Assembly (NCBI RefSeq): GCF_001194135.2
Contig: NC_069003.1
Location: forward strand, 18,348,040-18,380,543
Direction: 5' to 3'
DNA from: Octopus bimaculoides
Taxonomy: Eukaryota
DNA: 32,504 bases
Shown here: positions 31,890 through 32,504 of the stretch, one piece after another
Layout of the letters: every line of letters begins with the position of its first letter
How positions within the stretch are numbered: position 1 is the first letter of the stretch
The notes under the pieces: generated by a model
What the model was told of the DNA's origin: nothing
The model's database searches: none
Seen by the model: only the letters and a program-made list of their open reading frames with translations
Program-made: the position numbers and the translations under genes

Positions 31890-32504
31890 ATGCCTACTGT
31901 AGCAGACTGGCTGTTCTTTTGTCATTTATACCTATTCCTTTGGACAGCAGCAGTAGGTGTTTGGCTATTTTTAGAAATGATGACATTTGAGAGATTTTTT
32001 GTGTTTTAGTTATAGGGATAAGATTTTTAAACCCCAAGTAAGATTAATTTAATCATTGTTTGTTAAGAGTGGGTTTGAATTTCTTAATAAAGTCCTTTTC
32101 TTTGCGTTTCTCTCAATTTCATTCAAGTTGTAAAGTTTATGGAATGGAAATATCATAAAAGTTTCACGACCACATGTTGCCAGATGGTTACTCAGTGGTA
32201 TTTGGCAGACCTCTGGGTTTTTAATCTGTTGTCGATGCACACGTGAGTGTTTCGATAGTGCATTACCTGTCTGGCCAACGTACAGCTCTTCACAATTAGG
32301 GCATTTGATGCAGTAGATTAGATTTCTACTTTTGCAGTTCATGTTCGCATTGGTGAATATTTTCCCTGTTTTTGTGTTCATATATGGGCCGGTATGGATT
32401 GATCGGCATGTGCCGCATCGGCTATCATTGCATTTGGATACAGTGAATGTTTGATTTTTGTTGCTGAGGTCAAACCTTGCCTTTGTTAATAGTTTTTTCA
32501 AGTT
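31890..32504 (-). mobile_element. Penelope-like element (Neptune-type) C-terminus: Zn-knuckle plus GIY-YIG endonuclease; continues beyond the window
   Basis: ORF 32049-32501 has KCNDSRCGTC, NCKSRNLIYCIKCPNCEELYVGQT, VHRQQI and NHL. A 1-nt frameshift near 32103 restores EKDFIKKFKPTLNKQ*. Confidence 0.93.

Overview
AT-rich, microsatellite-dense eukaryotic genomic DNA with seven N-gaps (908-1165, 2805-3160, 8828-9499, 10034-10296, 15562-15691, 23180-23732, 30943-31590), most abutting (TA)n. The repeat repertoire suggests an octopus-like cephalopod (inference). Only one host gene is supportable: three + strand, phase-compatible exons (16197-16497, 20154-20281, 21976-22050) of a penta-EF-hand protein (PDCD6/peflin family) with a Ser/Arg/Pro-rich N-terminal region. 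Its start and its EF3-EF5 exons were not found. The rest is mobile DNA: three decayed copies of a PHD-finger-bearing RTE LINE, other RTE, CR1-group and R4/Dong-type LINE remnants, a Penelope GIY-YIG ORF, a Merlin transposase relic, a probable non-autonomous Helitron, MITE-like elements and many tRNA-derived SINEs. The most striking hidden signal is a set of type I hammerhead-ribozyme-like folds of the Penelope-associated kind: one at 3547-3601 (-), a head-to-head pair in a 168-bp palindrome at 15386-15553, and weaker candidates at 767-841 (+) and 21338-21390 (-). All alignments and folds were done by eye; family names need confirmation by database search.
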